A stretch of 64,000 nt of DNA from Haliotis cracherodii (lineage: Eukaryota): positions 496,001 through 560,000 of the forward strand of contig NW_027266276.1 in the NCBI RefSeq assembly GCF_022045235.1. Reading direction: 5' to 3'. The first letter of the stretch is position 1, and every line of letters starts with the position of its first letter. Both the position numbers and the translations under genes were made by a program. Below, piece by piece: positions 62,881-64,000 of the stretch. The notes beneath the pieces were generated by a model. That model made no database searches. It saw only the letters and a list, made by a program, of their open reading frames with translations, and had not been told where the DNA came from.

Positions 62881-64000
62881 ATCATGCTCTGTGAACGTTT
62901 GTACATGCACGTATCATGGGTCTGTGGTCTTAATAATGTCTGTCTAAACACTCCATGTTAATTATTACCTCGACTGAACATGGCCTAGATGTTCAGGCGA
63001 GTTTGTTATGTCTCAGTCATGTGCAAACTTTATATGTTTATCTAAGGTTAAAACGTTCAACATCGTCTTGCTCCGAGTCTCTACTGAAGGATAAATCTGT
63101 ATTTGTATAGTAATCTTTTACTTATAATTGGCAAGTCTAGATACGCCGATCCTACAAGGACGCCAGTCTTTTATAGGGACAACGTGTTCTTATCATTTAT
63201 AGTATCTAGAGGTTATTATATAAAATAATAATCATTGCCTTAAAATATTTTGAAAATCTACTTTAAACCCATTGCATTGATTTCGCCCCGTGATGTTAGA
63301 CTCACTGCGTATCTGCTAAATGCATCTTCGCAGCTCAGGATGAAGTACCGTATTTGATGTCTTATAACGACCATGTAATATTATCGGGGTGTACGGGGTT
63401 TTACGAGTTGAATGGGCTTGTAACCATGGGTATTAATGTATAAAACTAATTTCTAAAATCCTTGATCAAGATACCACGTAGATATATCATGTCCGTTTAT
63501 ATCGTAACAATTATTTATGTTATTAAATACATTTTTTATCTGATTGAGATTACCAGTTTACTCACGTCAGAAAATATTATAAATATTATATATTTGAGGT
63601 GGAAAATCAGGTCTCAATAGCCCTTATTTATTTCGTTAACAGAATTCCCTACCTGCGTCTATTTTGCATGCAGGCATTTGAAATAGATCGTTATAACCGT
63701 CAGAACGTTATATCCGTGTCGGTTATATGATGCTCGACTGAAGCTTAAGTCTCGGTAGTCTAAAATGAAAAGGTTTTTTAATCATCGCACGTCAACAACA
63801 AAAATGCGCCTGGGCGATTACTCCACTGAATACGGTATACCGAGCAGGGTCTCCAGCCGCGATGGCGTGTTGGGCGTCGCCCCAACAACACAACTGGAAA
63901 CTTCATCTGACAAAAAATAACAGTTACACAGCGTCACGTGATCAGAAAATATGCCGGAGAGCGGAGACCGGGGGACTAGGCTATCTGTTGACGAGAGTTT

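Overview
AT-rich animal genomic DNA with five N-gaps. The SINE repertoire and repeat landscape suggest a mollusc, probably a gastropod (inference). The main structure is a head-to-tail tandem array (~4.6-58.2 kb, all + strand) of eight paralogous spliced genes that the ORF track does not show. Seven have intact reading frames and one is a pseudogene. Each has a TATA/Inr promoter, a 19-nt non-coding first exon (lost in the pseudogene) and three coding exons (73 nt, 148 nt, variable last exon). The product is an 85-109 aa secreted protein: signal peptide MKVAIFLLCLLPLAFA, an EKK/EKR dibasic site, and a helical mature domain with a twin CX3C-X12-CX3C motif. I do not recognise the family. Copy 4 is strongly diverged, with a His-rich tail and a charge shift. 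Copy 2 lost exon 1 at a Kolobok-type insertion and has ATG->AGG. Copies 6 and 7 lie in a recent ~10-11.5 kb tandem duplication. The spacers hold four SINE families, three decayed Tc1 transposons, Gypsy, LINE, Penelope-like and Crypton-like fragments, MITEs and many minisatellites (18, 22, 27, 30, 44/50, 47, 48, 55 bp). The minisatellites account for all the long repetitive ORFs in the track.
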